Below, piece by piece: positions 1-10,847 of a stretch of 64,000 nt of DNA. Under the pieces are notes generated by a model. That model did no database searches, had not been told where the DNA came from, and saw only the letters and a program-made list of their open reading frames with translations. The stretch is from Octopus sinensis (taxonomy: Eukaryota): the NCBI RefSeq assembly GCF_006345805.1, contig NC_043011.1, positions 47,008,464 through 47,072,463 on the forward strand, written 5' to 3'. The translations under genes were made by a program, and so were the position numbers. The number at the start of each line of letters is the position of its first letter. The first letter of the stretch is position 1.

Positions 1-121
1 GGTGTGTGTGTGTAAAACACAATTTTTTCATAATGAGATAAAAACACCAAATTATGAAAAAATTTGTTTTATACACACACACACACACATATATATTTTA
101 TATATATTTTATATATAAAAA

Positions 122-168
<47 letters not shown>

Positions 169-239
169 AAACAAATTTTTTCATAATGAGATAAAAAACA
201 CCAAAGCTGTGTAGATTTTAGAACATTTATAAATAGAAG

Positions 240-291
240 GTCTTACAGCTGTTTCCAGGATATTTATTTATTATATCCCTTCCTCAGAGAC
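240..291 (-). ncRNA. Minimal type I hammerhead ribozyme motif
   Basis: Minus strand reads GTCT-CTGAGGA-A-GGGATAT-aataaataa-ATATCCT-G-GAAAC-AGCT-GTA-AGAC: CUGANGA and GAAA core, helix I GTCT/AGAC, 7-bp helix II, short helix III with palindromic AGCT loop, GUA cleavage triplet. Confidence 0.7.
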
Positions 292-801
292 AGTGTGAGA
301 AGATGTTTAAGCAATAGTTAATTTAGCTAAGATATTGAAATAGAGAAATAGAGAGTGCGGTGGAGGAATGAAAATAGATGTGAGATATGCAGGGATATTG
401 TATTTGTAGATCCATTATTTAGGCAGAATGGCATACATATAAGATTCCAATACCTTATGAATAAAATCCAATAGTATTTAAAATTGGTCATTCCAAGTAT
501 AGAGTTTATACACAATGTTATTGAATTAAGGGTTTTATTTAAAGGGACCTAAAAGTGACCTAAATAAAACCTTTGATTCAATAACACTGTGTATAAACTC
601 TATACTTGGAATGACCAATTTTAAATACTATTAGATTTTACTCATAAGGTATTGGAATCTTATACGAATACCATTCTGCCAAAATAATGGATCTACAAAT
701 ACAATATCCCTGCATATCTCACATCTATTTTCATTCCTCCACCTCACTCTCTATTTCATATCTTATCTAAATTAACTATTGCTTAACCATCTTCTCACAC
801 C

Positions 802-851
802 GTCTCCGATGAAGGGATATAATAAATATCCTAGAAATAGCAGCAGTAAGA
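802..851 (+). ncRNA. Degenerate hammerhead motif (right arm of the palindrome)
   Basis: GTCT-CCGATGA-A-GGGATAT-AATAA-ATATCCT-A-GAAAT-AGCAGCA-GTA-AGAC; core U>C change and helix III insertion, probably inactive. Confidence 0.55.
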
Positions 852-1041
852 CTTTCTATTTATAAATGTTCTAAATTCTACACAGCCTTGGAAAAAAAGC
901 TGATATATGATCTAATTTGGACCCCTTATTCGCATAAGCACCGAATCTGGAACTTGACTATGGTCTATCTATAGCACTCATTCAGCATTAACTGACACCT
1001 TTGGGTTTCACTGACACCATTAGCTCTCATATCCCCCTATA

Positions 1042-1072
<31 letters not shown>

Positions 1073-1189
1073 CTGTGTATGTATCAACACCTCTATCACA
1101 CACAGAATTCGTTACCATAGACCAATCTTTCTCAATCTAATGACAATGTTTACATTATCCCAGCTTATACCAATATTAGTTTCACTAAT

Positions 1190-1394
1190 AATGGTTTCAA
1201 ATTTTTGCACAATTTGAGGGGAGGGTCAAATTGATTACATCAACCCCAATATTTGATAGATACGTTTTTATCAACTCCAAATGGATGAACAGCAAATTCT
1301 ATCTCAGTGGAATTTGAAGTCAGAACGTGAAGACAGACAAAATGCTGCAAAGCATTTTGTCTGTCTTGCTAATGACTTACCAGCTCACCACCTT
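1190..1394 (-). mobile_element. SINE family G (diverged)
   Basis: Reverse head CAGCTCACCACC, GAATTTGAAGTCAGAAC B-box region, tail AATGGTTTCAAATTT. Confidence 0.8.
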
Positions 1395-1434
1395 AATAGC
1401 AATAATAATAATAATCATAATAATAATAATAATA

Positions 1435-1863
1435 AAGATTAGTAAATATAAAGACCTGCTAATAGAAATTGAAAAAATGTGGCATCTCAAGGTGACTACA
1501 GTACTAGTGATTGTAGGATCTCTAGGAATGATAAAAAAAGGTACTGAAACCTATTTGAAAATGATTTCAGGCTTACCATCCCTACAGGTAGTGCAAAAAA
1601 TCGTATTAACTGGAACGGCTCATGTACTGAGCCGTTATAATATATATATTATCGCTGTGAAAACAACATCCATCCATGAATTTATTTATTTATTAATTTT
1701 TAAATACATATGTTATCTGTGAATTTGTGTGTGTAATCTGGGATTGCATACAATGCCCTTCTCTGCCCTGCCCTAGGTGTATGGAAAACACTCGGCGAGA
1801 AACAGAAGAAAATTTGAAGAAAGAAGGTAAAATAATAATAATAATAATAGCAATAATAATAAT
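1435..1863 (+). mobile_element. 5'-truncated RLE-type (R4/Dong-like) LINE 3' end with (TAA)n tail
   Basis: Translates KISKYKDLLIEIEKMWHLKVTTVLVIVGSLGMIKKG...VQKIVLTGTAHVL, the C-terminus of RLE non-LTR ORFs; 3' UTR shared with the 16050-16563 copy; (AAT)n on both sides. Confidence 0.85.
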
Positions 1864-1904
1864 ATCATAATCATTCATTTCACTAAATAAACTAATATTT
1901 TTGA

Positions 1905-2200
1905 AATTTTCTCATCTTAGGTTCAGTTTTACTTTGCTTCTCCTTGGGCTGATCAAAGCAATGCGAGTGGATTTTGTAGATGGAAACTAAAAGAATAAAC
2001 CTGATATATAAATGTGTGTGTGTGTATCTGTGTGTGTGTGTGTGTGTGTCTTTGTGTTTGTTCCTCATAACCACCACTTGATAACCAGTGTAACTTACCA
2101 AACTTAAAAAATCAAACACTACTGTTAATTTGCCTGAGTGAACCCTTGAAGGAAGTGCTCCAGCATGGTCACACTTAAATGAGTGAAACAAATAAATGAT
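1905..2200 (+). mobile_element. Old SINE family A copy
   Basis: GAGTGGATTTTGTAGATGGAAAC core, internal (TG)n, GTGCTCCAGCATGG near the tail. Confidence 0.7.
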
Positions 2201-2436
2201 AAAAGATTAAACAATGCTTAAGAGAATGTCGAAACTCTGAACCATAATGCAGTTCGGTGAATAAGTAAAACGTATAGCCTGTAGGTAATACTAGAACTGT
2301 TTTATAATTGCTTTGAATCTCTGCATACTTATATATATTATATATACTTATTATTTATATATATATATATTATATATATATACTTATTATTTATATATAT
2401 ATATATAATATATATATGTATATATATATATATATG

Positions 2437-2484
<48 letters not shown>

Positions 2485-2882
2485 GTATATATATATGTAT
2501 GTGCATATATATATATATATATATTACATATATACTTATTATATATATATAATATATATATATATACTTATATAGATTTCTGTATTGTAAAATTTTACTC
2601 TCGTCTCTGTGTTCCATCCTCCGATCTGTAAATGTGTCCATTACTATACTTGAAATTGCTTTAAAGTAATATCTTCCGTTGAAGATATGCAGACACATTC
2701 ACACCAATAATGGTTATATAAGAAGAATAGAACATATTTTTTTCATCGATGTAATATTTTATGAATGTCTCTCTAGCAAAGAACTTGAAGTAATGGAAAA
2801 GAAGTTAACTTTAAAAACAATAGATATTCTATGTTATTGATGTTGTATGACTTGCAGGTCAACCTTGATCCAACAGACATAG

Positions 2883-3081
2883 CTTTTACATTTTACTTGT
2901 TCCAGTCATTAGACCATGGCCGTGCTGGGGCACTACTTTGAAGAACTGGTATGCATTATATCGTTCAGTTTTGTTGAGCTGCTAAGTTACAGGGACATAA
3001 ACACACCAACACTGGTAGTAAAGCAGTGGTGGGGGACAAACACAGACACAATGACACACACATAGATAAACACACACATAC

Positions 3082-3123
<42 letters not shown>

Positions 3124-3540
3124 ATAATAATATTAGGGAGTAAATCCAAACTTACAGGGAAAAATTAGATTTAGGATTAAATCTCATTTTATAGTATAAA
3201 TATATATTATATTAAATTAGAGATAAAACCACTATAAGGCAAATCAAACAGTGAATATTTGGAATTTTATAGTTTTTATTTTATATTTTATATTTTTTTA
3301 ATTAATTTTATTTCTATGTATTGGCTTATGATTTTCACTGTTTGATTTGCCTAATAGTGGTTTTATCTCTAAGTTAATATAATATATATATATACACAAT
3401 GGGTTTCTTTCAGTTTCCAACTACCAAATCCACTCATAAGGCTATAGTAGAAGTTGTCCACAGTGCCATGCTGTGGGACTGAAACTGGAACCATGTAGCT
3501 CAGAAGCTAACTTCTTAACCTCTAACCACACAGCCACACC
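2883..3540 (-). mobile_element. SINE family A with a hairpin element nested in its internal microsatellite
   Basis: Tail TTTTACTTGTTCCAGTC at 2890, head CACACAGCCACACC at 3527-3540. Confidence 0.8.
3121..3390. mobile_element. Hairpin-containing repeat inserted in (TA)n
   Basis: Inverted arms 3203-3254 and 3334-3386; the same family occurs at 54905-55236. Confidence 0.75.
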
Positions 3541-3678
3541 TTTGCTGAAATACATTTCACCTACGACAACCTTCTTATTTTTTGAAGTTATTTAATTGAT
3601 TTAGCTGCTGTTTCTAGTACATTGAAAAATTACAACGAGGTTCCTTCATTGTCTTTTGTGAAAGATTGATTTCATAGA

Positions 3679-4087
3679 GAAGTGGCTGTGTGGTAAGCAG
3701 CTTGCTTACCAGCCACATGGTTCCGGGTTCAGTCCCACTGCTTCGCACCTTGGGCAAGTGTCTTCTACTATAGCCTCGGGCAGACCAAAACCTTGTGAGT
3801 GGATTTGGTAGATGGAAAGTGAAAGAAGCCCATCGTATATATGTATGAATATATGTATATATGTATGTGTGTGTATATGTTTATGTGTCTGTGTTTGTCC
3901 ACCAAACATCACTTGACAACTGATGCTGGTGTGTTTACGTTCCTGTAACTTAGTGGTTTGGCAAAGGAGACCGATAGAATAAGTACTCGGCTTACAAAGA
4001 ATAATTCCTGAGGTCAATTTGCTCGACTAAAGGTGGTGCTCCAGCATGGCCACAGTCAAATGACTGAAAGAAGTAAAAGAGTAAAAG
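3679..4087 (+). mobile_element. SINE family A, full length
   Basis: tRNA-like head AGTGGCTGTGTGGTAAG...GGGTTCAGTCCC, core, internal microsatellite, tail AAGTAAAAGAGTAAAAG. Confidence 0.9.
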
Positions 4088-4817
4088 CGATGATCTGAGT
4101 GATTCGACCAGTTATCAAGCCATATTTCACCAGAGTTGGAATTGGAAAATAAGATTAAAAGTTGATGTTTATTTCATCAAGAACAACTGAGACGAAAATC
4201 ACAGTCGGTCGATTCCAAATTCTGGATTCTGGGTCCAACCTAAATGGTAAAACTAAATACTGAAATATACTTTACCATTACAACGAAATTATCATGATGA
4301 CGATGATGATAATAAATAAATATATAGATAAACAGAATTTGCCTATAAATAGGTGCCTTAAAGAATTGTTTAAATAAAAAAATAAAGTTCGATCGGTAAG
4401 CAGGTGCTTCTGTTGATATTGAGATCAGATGGGTAGCTTTTCTGTATAAAATCTATTAATACAATATCCCAGTGTATGCTGTACACACACATATCAAAAA
4501 ACATGAATGAAAACAGTAAAAAAAATATATATATGTATAAAGAAAAAATGTTAATTCAAATATTGTTACCAGGAGGCTATTTTAGAGTTTAGATATATGT
4601 GTGTGTATCTGTTTGTGCTTGTGTGTTTGTGTGTGTCTGTGTGTGTGCCAGTGTGCTTGTGTCTGTATGTGTGTTTAGGTAAGTAGTTATTGAGTTAGGC
4701 ATCCAATATTCGAAATTTCATGAAGATGTACAGAATGTGTCTAATAGTTCATATATTTACCGTGAGTGAAACTCTGAGTAATAAACACATAAGTAAACAA
4801 CTATTCACTTATTATAG

Positions 4818-4915
4818 GCGTAGGAGTGGCTGTGTGGTAAGTAGCTTGCTTACCAACCTCATGGTTCCAGGTTCAGTCCCACTGTGTGGCACCTTGGGCA
4901 AGTGTCTTCTACTAT
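4818..4915 (+). mobile_element. SINE family A, head only
   Basis: TAGGAGTGGCTGTGTGGTAAG...GGGCAAGTGTCTTCTACTAT. Confidence 0.8.
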
Positions 4916-5202
4916 GCTAAAATTATGTATGTAGTGAGGAGAAATACGAATTAGTTTAATGATAAATTATGATCAGCATGAGAAGGGAGACAATTCCCAA
5001 GTTTTAATTAATCAAAAATAGAATACAAGCAATTCAATGGGTGGTAAGTGTAATGTTGACAGTATGGTAACATCAATGGACATAATCATGATCAGATTAT
5101 ATATATATATGTATATAGGCATTTTTGTCAGTCTTTGAAATATAATCTCAGTAAGATACCAAGCTACATAACTTCAAGTTAGTGTATAATTATTATCATC
5201 AA

Positions 5203-5570
5203 GTGAAAGCACATGGCTCAGTGGTTAGAGCATTGAGCTTACAATCATAAGGTTGTGAGTTCGAATCCTGGACCGGGCTGCATGTTGTGTTCTTAAGCAA
5301 GACACTTTATTTCATGTTGCTTCAGTTCACTCAGCTGTAGAAATGAGTTGCAATGTCACTGGTGTCAAGTTGTATAGACCTTTTCTTTTCCCTTGGATAA
5401 CATCGGTGGTATGGAGAGGGGAGGCAGGTGTGGAGGGGTCATTGCTGGTCTTCCATAAAAACAACCCTAGGTTGTGTATTCACCAGTGAAGTGACTTTCT
5501 GCCTAGACTTGTACCTCAAAAGAGAATCTCTTAGGTGCATCCATAATCATTTGTGACTGACAGAGGCGAT
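5203..5570 (+). mobile_element. tRNA-derived SINE family D (CORE-like central block)
   Basis: A box TGGCTCAGTGG, B box GAGTTCGAATCC, GCAAGACACTTTATTTCA...CTCAGCTGTAGAAATG. Confidence 0.75.
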
Positions 5571-5602
5571 TTTTTTTTTTAAATCATCATCTATGATATA
5601 TA

Positions 5603-5864
5603 AAAATGTAAATAAATGCGCCCTTTTTAAAGCCTAGCCAGATTCATAGGCCCAGTTTCACGGTTTCTATGGTGTATGTGTTCCCCAGCTGGACTGGACG
5701 CCAGTGCATAGCAGCCTTACTCATTTTTGCCAGCTGAGTAGACTGGATTAACATGAAATGAAGTGTCTTTCTCAAGAACACAATGCGTCGCCTGGTCCAG
5801 GAATCAAAACCACAATCTTTCGACCATGGTGCTGACACCCTAACCACTAAGCCATGCACCTCCA
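5603..5864 (-). mobile_element. SINE family E with 15-bp TSD
   Basis: TSD CATCTATGATATATA at 5588-5602 and 5865-5879; sister copy at 38150-38393. Confidence 0.85.
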
Positions 5865-5969
5865 CATCTATGATATATACTCTGCATAATATACAACTTG
5901 AAGATTACATATAATATAAAGTAATTTATCTCTAAATACTCTATACAACACAACAGAATATATAGCCAC

Positions 5970-6185
5970 TGGCATCATCATCATCATCTTATTTAACATC
6001 TGTTGACCATACTGGCATGGGTTGAACAGTTTGACCAGGGTTGGCAAGCTGGAAGGCTGCACCAGACTCCAGTCTGATTTGGCATGGTTTCCATGACTTG
6101 ATGGCCTTTCTAATGCCAACCACTCTAAGAGTGCAATGGATGCTTTTACATGCCACCAGCATGGGTGTCATTTGCATGACACTGA
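5970..6185 (-). mobile_element. Family F (RTE-like 3' end, (TGA)n tail)
   Basis: (CAT)n followed by TTTAACATC...GCATGGGTTG...GATGGCCTTTCTAATGCCAACCAC. Confidence 0.8.
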
Positions 6186-6406
6186 TATAACTTCCAACAT
6201 TTTATAGTGTAATTACTTCCAGTCTACACAGCTTCTGACTGAATATACTGTCATTACTATCATTCTATATAACTCATAGTTGAATATATACCCATTGGTG
6301 TTAGTCTATATAATATGTACCTCCAGTAAGGTCTATAATTATTGAGGTTACTGAGTGGTTCGTAAGAAGGGGAAAAAACCTAAAGATTTCTGTCTAGTAA
6401 CTAATA

Positions 6407-6638
6407 TATTTCTTTACTGCCCACAAGGGGCTAAACATAGAGGGGACAAACAAGGACAGACAAAGGGATTAAGTCGATTACATCGACCCCAGTGCGAAAC
6501 TGGTACTTTATTTATCGACCCCGAAAGGAGGAAAGGCAAAGTCGACCTCGGCAGAATTTGAACTCAGAACGTAACGGCAGACGAAATACAGCTACGCATT
6601 TCGCCCGGTGTGCTAACGTTTCTGCCAGCTCACCACCT
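6407..6638 (-). mobile_element. SINE family B with 20-bp TSD
   Basis: TSD TTTCTGTCTAGTAACTAATA at 6387-6406 and 6639-6658; core resembles Deu/Nin-type SINE domains. Confidence 0.9.
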
Positions 6639-6964
6639 TTTCTGTCTAGTAACTAATAACCTTTACAACCACAGAAGCTATTACCATAGCTCAGCTATTG
6701 CCAGCTACTCAGTTTGAAAGGCACGTTTTAAAGTCATACTAAGATTACACAGTGTCAAAGAATCTCTCTTCCTGCTACGTGACCAAACAAGATGAAAAGA
6801 AAACAAAGCTTCTTTTTGTTTATATTTTTCCTTCTTTTCTTTTCTATGTCTTTTTCCAGCATTATTTTCTTTCTTGTCTTTCGAAACCTCTCAACTTTAC
6901 ACACTTGCTCTCCTCTGTTTATAAAACATTACATTGAGCAATTTTATAAAATTCCATTTTGCAG

Positions 6965-7094
6965 TGTAACAGGAGATGTGCTAATGAAAAAATTGGTCGA
7001 AAAGAGACACACAATACTAGAGCAATCTGCAGCTTCAAATGCACAGGGGTTCTGTGAAGTGGAGTTACTAAGTCAGCTGTATTCAGTCAATTAA
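6965..7094 (+). CDS. Candidate terminal coding exon of an unidentified gene
   Basis: Acceptor TTCCATTTTGCAG (alternative AG at 6971-6972); open frame VTGDVLMKKLVEKRHTILEQSAASNAQGFCEVELLSQLYSVN*; repeat-free U-rich downstream region with AATAAA at 7355-7360; no family recognised. Confidence 0.3.
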
Positions 7095-7610
7095 ATTGAA
7101 AGACAAATATATACACTATACTATATAATGTTAGTACTGCATGTTTGTAGAATTGGTATCTGGGGTATGTGTAGGAGGATTTTAGTGGTGGAATATTTGC
7201 TTTTATTTTGAAATGTGCTGTTATTTACTTTTATAGTTTTGTAATTTAAACATTTGTTTCTTTTTTATTACATAAATGATTTGAAACTGAGAATTTATCA
7301 AATTGAACTTTTTAAGTTAGTCGTTGAAATTTTATAAAGTTAACTTTTTTTGAAAATAAACTTTTGGTCATGGGAATGTGTGTAACACAAGAGAGTGATT
7401 TTAATTACAATTTAACGATAATCAATATTCTCTTCCTACTCTCTATCTCTCTCTCTCTCCCTCCATCCCCCTCTCTCTCTTCTCTGACATATATATATAA
7501 GTAGACTGTATGTCAAAAGACAGCTTTCCATTAATGACTGCTTCCAAATTCCTGGTCCAAGACCGACTTAAATACTTGTCAGGAAACAAAGAAGGCATGT
7601 AGTCCAACAT

Positions 7611-7991
7611 GGAAGCACTCCATCGGTTACGACAACAAGGGTTCCGGTTGATCCGATCAACAGAATAGCCTGCTCGTGAAATTAACGTGTAAGTGGCTGA
7701 GCACTCCACAGACACATGTACCCTTAATGTAGTTCTCGGGGATATTCAGTGTGACACAGAGAGTGACAAGGCCGGCCCTTTGAAATACAGGTACAACAGA
7801 AACAGGAAGAAAGAGTGAGAGAAAGTTGTGGTGAAAGAATACAGCAGGGATCACCACCATCCCTGCCGGAGCCTTGTGGAGCTTTAGGTGTTTTTGCTCA
7901 ATAAACACTCACAACGCCCGGTCTGGGAATCAAAACCGCGATCCTACGACCGCGAGTCCGCTGCCCTAACCACTGGGCCATTGCGCCTCCA
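7611..7991 (-). mobile_element. tRNA-derived SINE family C with 10-bp TSD
   Basis: TSD AGTCCAACAT at 7601-7610 and 7992-8001; reverse copy of 8562-8947. Confidence 0.9.
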
Positions 7992-8561
7992 AGTCCAACA
8001 TATACTATACTTGAACAAACGTGGTTATAACTGGAAGACCTTTGAAGATTAGTTGACTGGATTAGAGTTGACATGGGCTAACATCACCACCACAAACAAA
8101 AAGACTTACAAGAAATAAGAGATAAATTTCTTTCAAATCTCACCTGCCATCTTTTTGTAAAATAGGATGTTGGAATTATATTATATCTAAGATTTCGTTG
8201 GATATTTAATCTTAGATACAGTGTTTTTGATTAAAAAGTCTGGATAGGCCACAGATTGACTATCTTTAATCATAAATCTGATTGATCAAGACAGACTCTG
8301 AATGAAAGAACAACAATAAGAAAGGGTACATGAAACAATGTAGATATAATGGGAAGTGAAAATATAAAGAAGCATAAGAAATTGAAATGCATATCTTATA
8401 ACTGTAGCAGAAATCAGAAATTAAGAAGAAAGAATTAGTTTTTAAAATAAATTTTTATGTGAGCTGAAATATTTCAATGGCACACTTCATAGATACATCA
8501 AAAAGGTGAGATGGTAACAGATGGAAGAACTCTGATCATATTTCTCCTAGAACAAGAATAG

Positions 8562-8947
8562 TGGAGGCGCAATGGCCGAGTGGTTAGGGCCGCGGACTCG
8601 CGGTCATATGATCGCGGTTTCGATTCCCAGACCGGGCGTTGTGAGTGTTTATTGAGCGAAAACACCTAAAAGCTCCACGAGGCTCCGGCAGGGGATGGTG
8701 GTGATCCCTGCTGTACACTTTCACCACAACTTTCTCTCACTCTTACTTCCTGTTTCTGTTGTACCTGTATTTCAAGGGGCCGACCTTGTCACTCTCTGTG
8801 TCACGCTGAATATCCCCGAGAACTACGTTAAGGGTGCATGTGTCTGTGGGGTGCTCAGCCACTTACACGTTAATTTCACGAGCAGGCTATTCCGTTGATT
8901 CAGATCAACCGGAACCCTCATTGTCGTAACCGATGGAATGCTTCCAT
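8562..8947 (+). mobile_element. tRNA-derived SINE family C
   Basis: GGAGGCGCAATGGCCGAGTGG head, GGTTTCGATTCC B box, TSD AACAAGAAT at 8551-8559 and 8950-8958. Confidence 0.9.
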
Positions 8948-9287
8948 AAAACAAGAATGGCCTTGATCTAAACAACATCAACCAAAGCTATGGTTCACCC
9001 TTTACTGCTTCCACCATTTACATACATTCATATACACTCTTAATTACACACTAAATACCATATCTCAATAAACCAAATTATTTCTCACAACTCTCTTCTA
9101 CTCATCACTGCTTCTAATATGTCTCATTTATCACAACATGCCTTAAAGATCTTCATCCTAATCCTTTTGTACTTCAAAGGAAAACCTTTTTGAAATATAT
9201 CCCGGTTTAGATTTTATTATGAAAAACAACAACACCTTAACGAGCAATAAGAAGTAATAAAAACGTTGATATTATTGTCATTGATAA

Positions 9288-9906
9288 GGTGGTGAGCTGG
9301 CAGAATTGTTAGCATGCTAATTGTTAGTATGCTAAGGTGGCGACCTGGCAGAAACATTAGCATGCCGGCGAAATGCTGAGCGGTATTTCGTCTGCCACTA
9401 CGTTCTGAGTTCAAATTCTGCCGAGGACGACTTTGCCTTTCATCCTTTCGGGGTCGATTAAATAAGTACCAGTTATGCACTGGGGTCGATATAATCGACT
9501 TAATCCGTTTGTTCTCTCTGTGTTTGGCCCCTTGTGGGTAGTAAAGAAATAGGTATTTTGTCTGCCACTACGTTCTGAGTTCAAATTTCGCTGAGGTCAA
9601 CTTTGCCTTTCATCCTTTCGGGGTCGATTAAATAAGTACCAGTTACGCACTGGGGTCGATATAATCGACTTAATTCGTTTGTCCTCTCTGTGTTTGGCTC
9701 CTTGTGGGTACTAAAGAAATAGGTATTTTGTCTGCCACTACGTTCTGAGTTCAAATTTTGCTGAGGTCAACTTTGCCTTTCATCCTTTCGGGGTCGATAA
9801 ATTAAGTACCAGTTACGCACTGGAGTCGATGTAATCGACTTAATCCCTTGGTCTGTTCTTGTTTATCCCCTCAGTGTTTAGCCCCTTGTGGGCAATAAAG
9901 AAATAA
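9288..9906 (+). mobile_element. SINE family B head-to-tail trimer
   Basis: Units begin near 9381, 9552 and 9722; units 2 and 3 start mid-head at GGTATTT. Confidence 0.9.
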
Positions 9907-10105
9907 GAATTGTTAGCATGCTAGGCAAAATGCTTAGCAACATATTTTTTGTCTGTCTTTACATTTTGAGTTCAAATTCCACGAGGTTGACTATCCTCTG
10001 TTCAAGATCGATCAAATAAATACCAGTCAAGTACTGGGGGCGATGTAATCGGCTTTGCCCTCTTCTCCAGAATTGCTCACCATGTGTCAAAGTTTGACAC
10101 CAATA
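9906..10105 (+). mobile_element. SINE family G (diverged)
   Basis: GAATTGTTAGCATGC...GAGTTCAAATTCC...AAAGTTTGACACC. Confidence 0.7.
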
Positions 10106-10235
10106 TTTAATGTCAATAATTTGCCCTCTCCCTCGTTGCCGTGTCAAGAATGCTTCTCTTTTTGCCAGAGCTGTAGTAACACTACATGAAGTTCTCCGAA
10201 GATTAGCAAATAGAACATTTACATCTTACACTGGC

Positions 10236-10475
10236 TTAAACCTTTAGAGCTTAAACAGGCTATATTCAACCAAAAGGCAGATCCCTTTTTTTTTTATGTT
10301 TAAACCAGCCACATTTGGCTTCTCACATCTACCTTAGAATATCACTCAAAACAAAAAAAAAATTCTATCACATCACTGAATTCTTGCAGCTATGAGATAA
10401 TGTATAATTAATTCAAAACAACGTGGATAAATAAATATTACATTAGACAGAGTAATGTGAATGTTAAAGGGTTGA
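10236..10475 (+). mobile_element. piggyBac-like MITE (diverged)
   Basis: Ends TTAAACCTTT and AAAGGGTTGA; body similar to 13874-14101. Confidence 0.65.
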
Positions 10476-10725
10476 GTCGTTGGAGAGTTACAAAAGTGTC
10501 TTAAACACATACACAGAGAGGCTATTTCAACAAGACTTGAGATAATCTAAACTTGGAAGCCGCATCCAACATCTTTTTTATTATGAATTAAACTCAGCAT
10601 CTTTGAACTGAATCCTTTTATCAGTAAATGTTTGTCCTTGTTTATTTGTATTTTTTTGTCAACGAACTTAGTATGAATGTGTGTGAGTGCATATGATTGT
10701 ATATGTGTAGGTGTGTTGTGCCCGT

Positions 10726-10732
10726 TTATATA

Positions 10733-10769
<37 letters not shown>

Positions 10770-10781
10770 TAATATACATAT

Positions 10782-10847
<66 letters not shown>

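Larger units (their letters stand above)
201..891. mobile_element. Fold-back (palindromic) non-autonomous element, ~335-bp arms and 19-nt loop, Penelope-terminal-repeat-like
   Basis: 201-541 is the imperfect reverse complement of 561-891 (CCAAAGCTGTGTAGA...; ...TCTACACAGCCTTGG); each arm carries a hammerhead-like motif near its outer end. Confidence 0.85.

Noticed and set aside
3706-4017. Recurrent ORFs ending ...CPRCHAVGLNPEPCGW
   Set aside because: Antisense translation of SINE family A, recurring at every copy.
4660-4765. TTTAG|GTAAGT motif and a following 63-nt exon candidate (4699-4761)
   Set aside because: The upstream tract is a (TG)n microsatellite and the second acceptor is purine-rich; support is insufficient.
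8562-8640. tRNA gene
   Set aside because: The tRNA-like head runs directly into a SINE body with a TSD; all tRNA-like sequences here are SINE heads.
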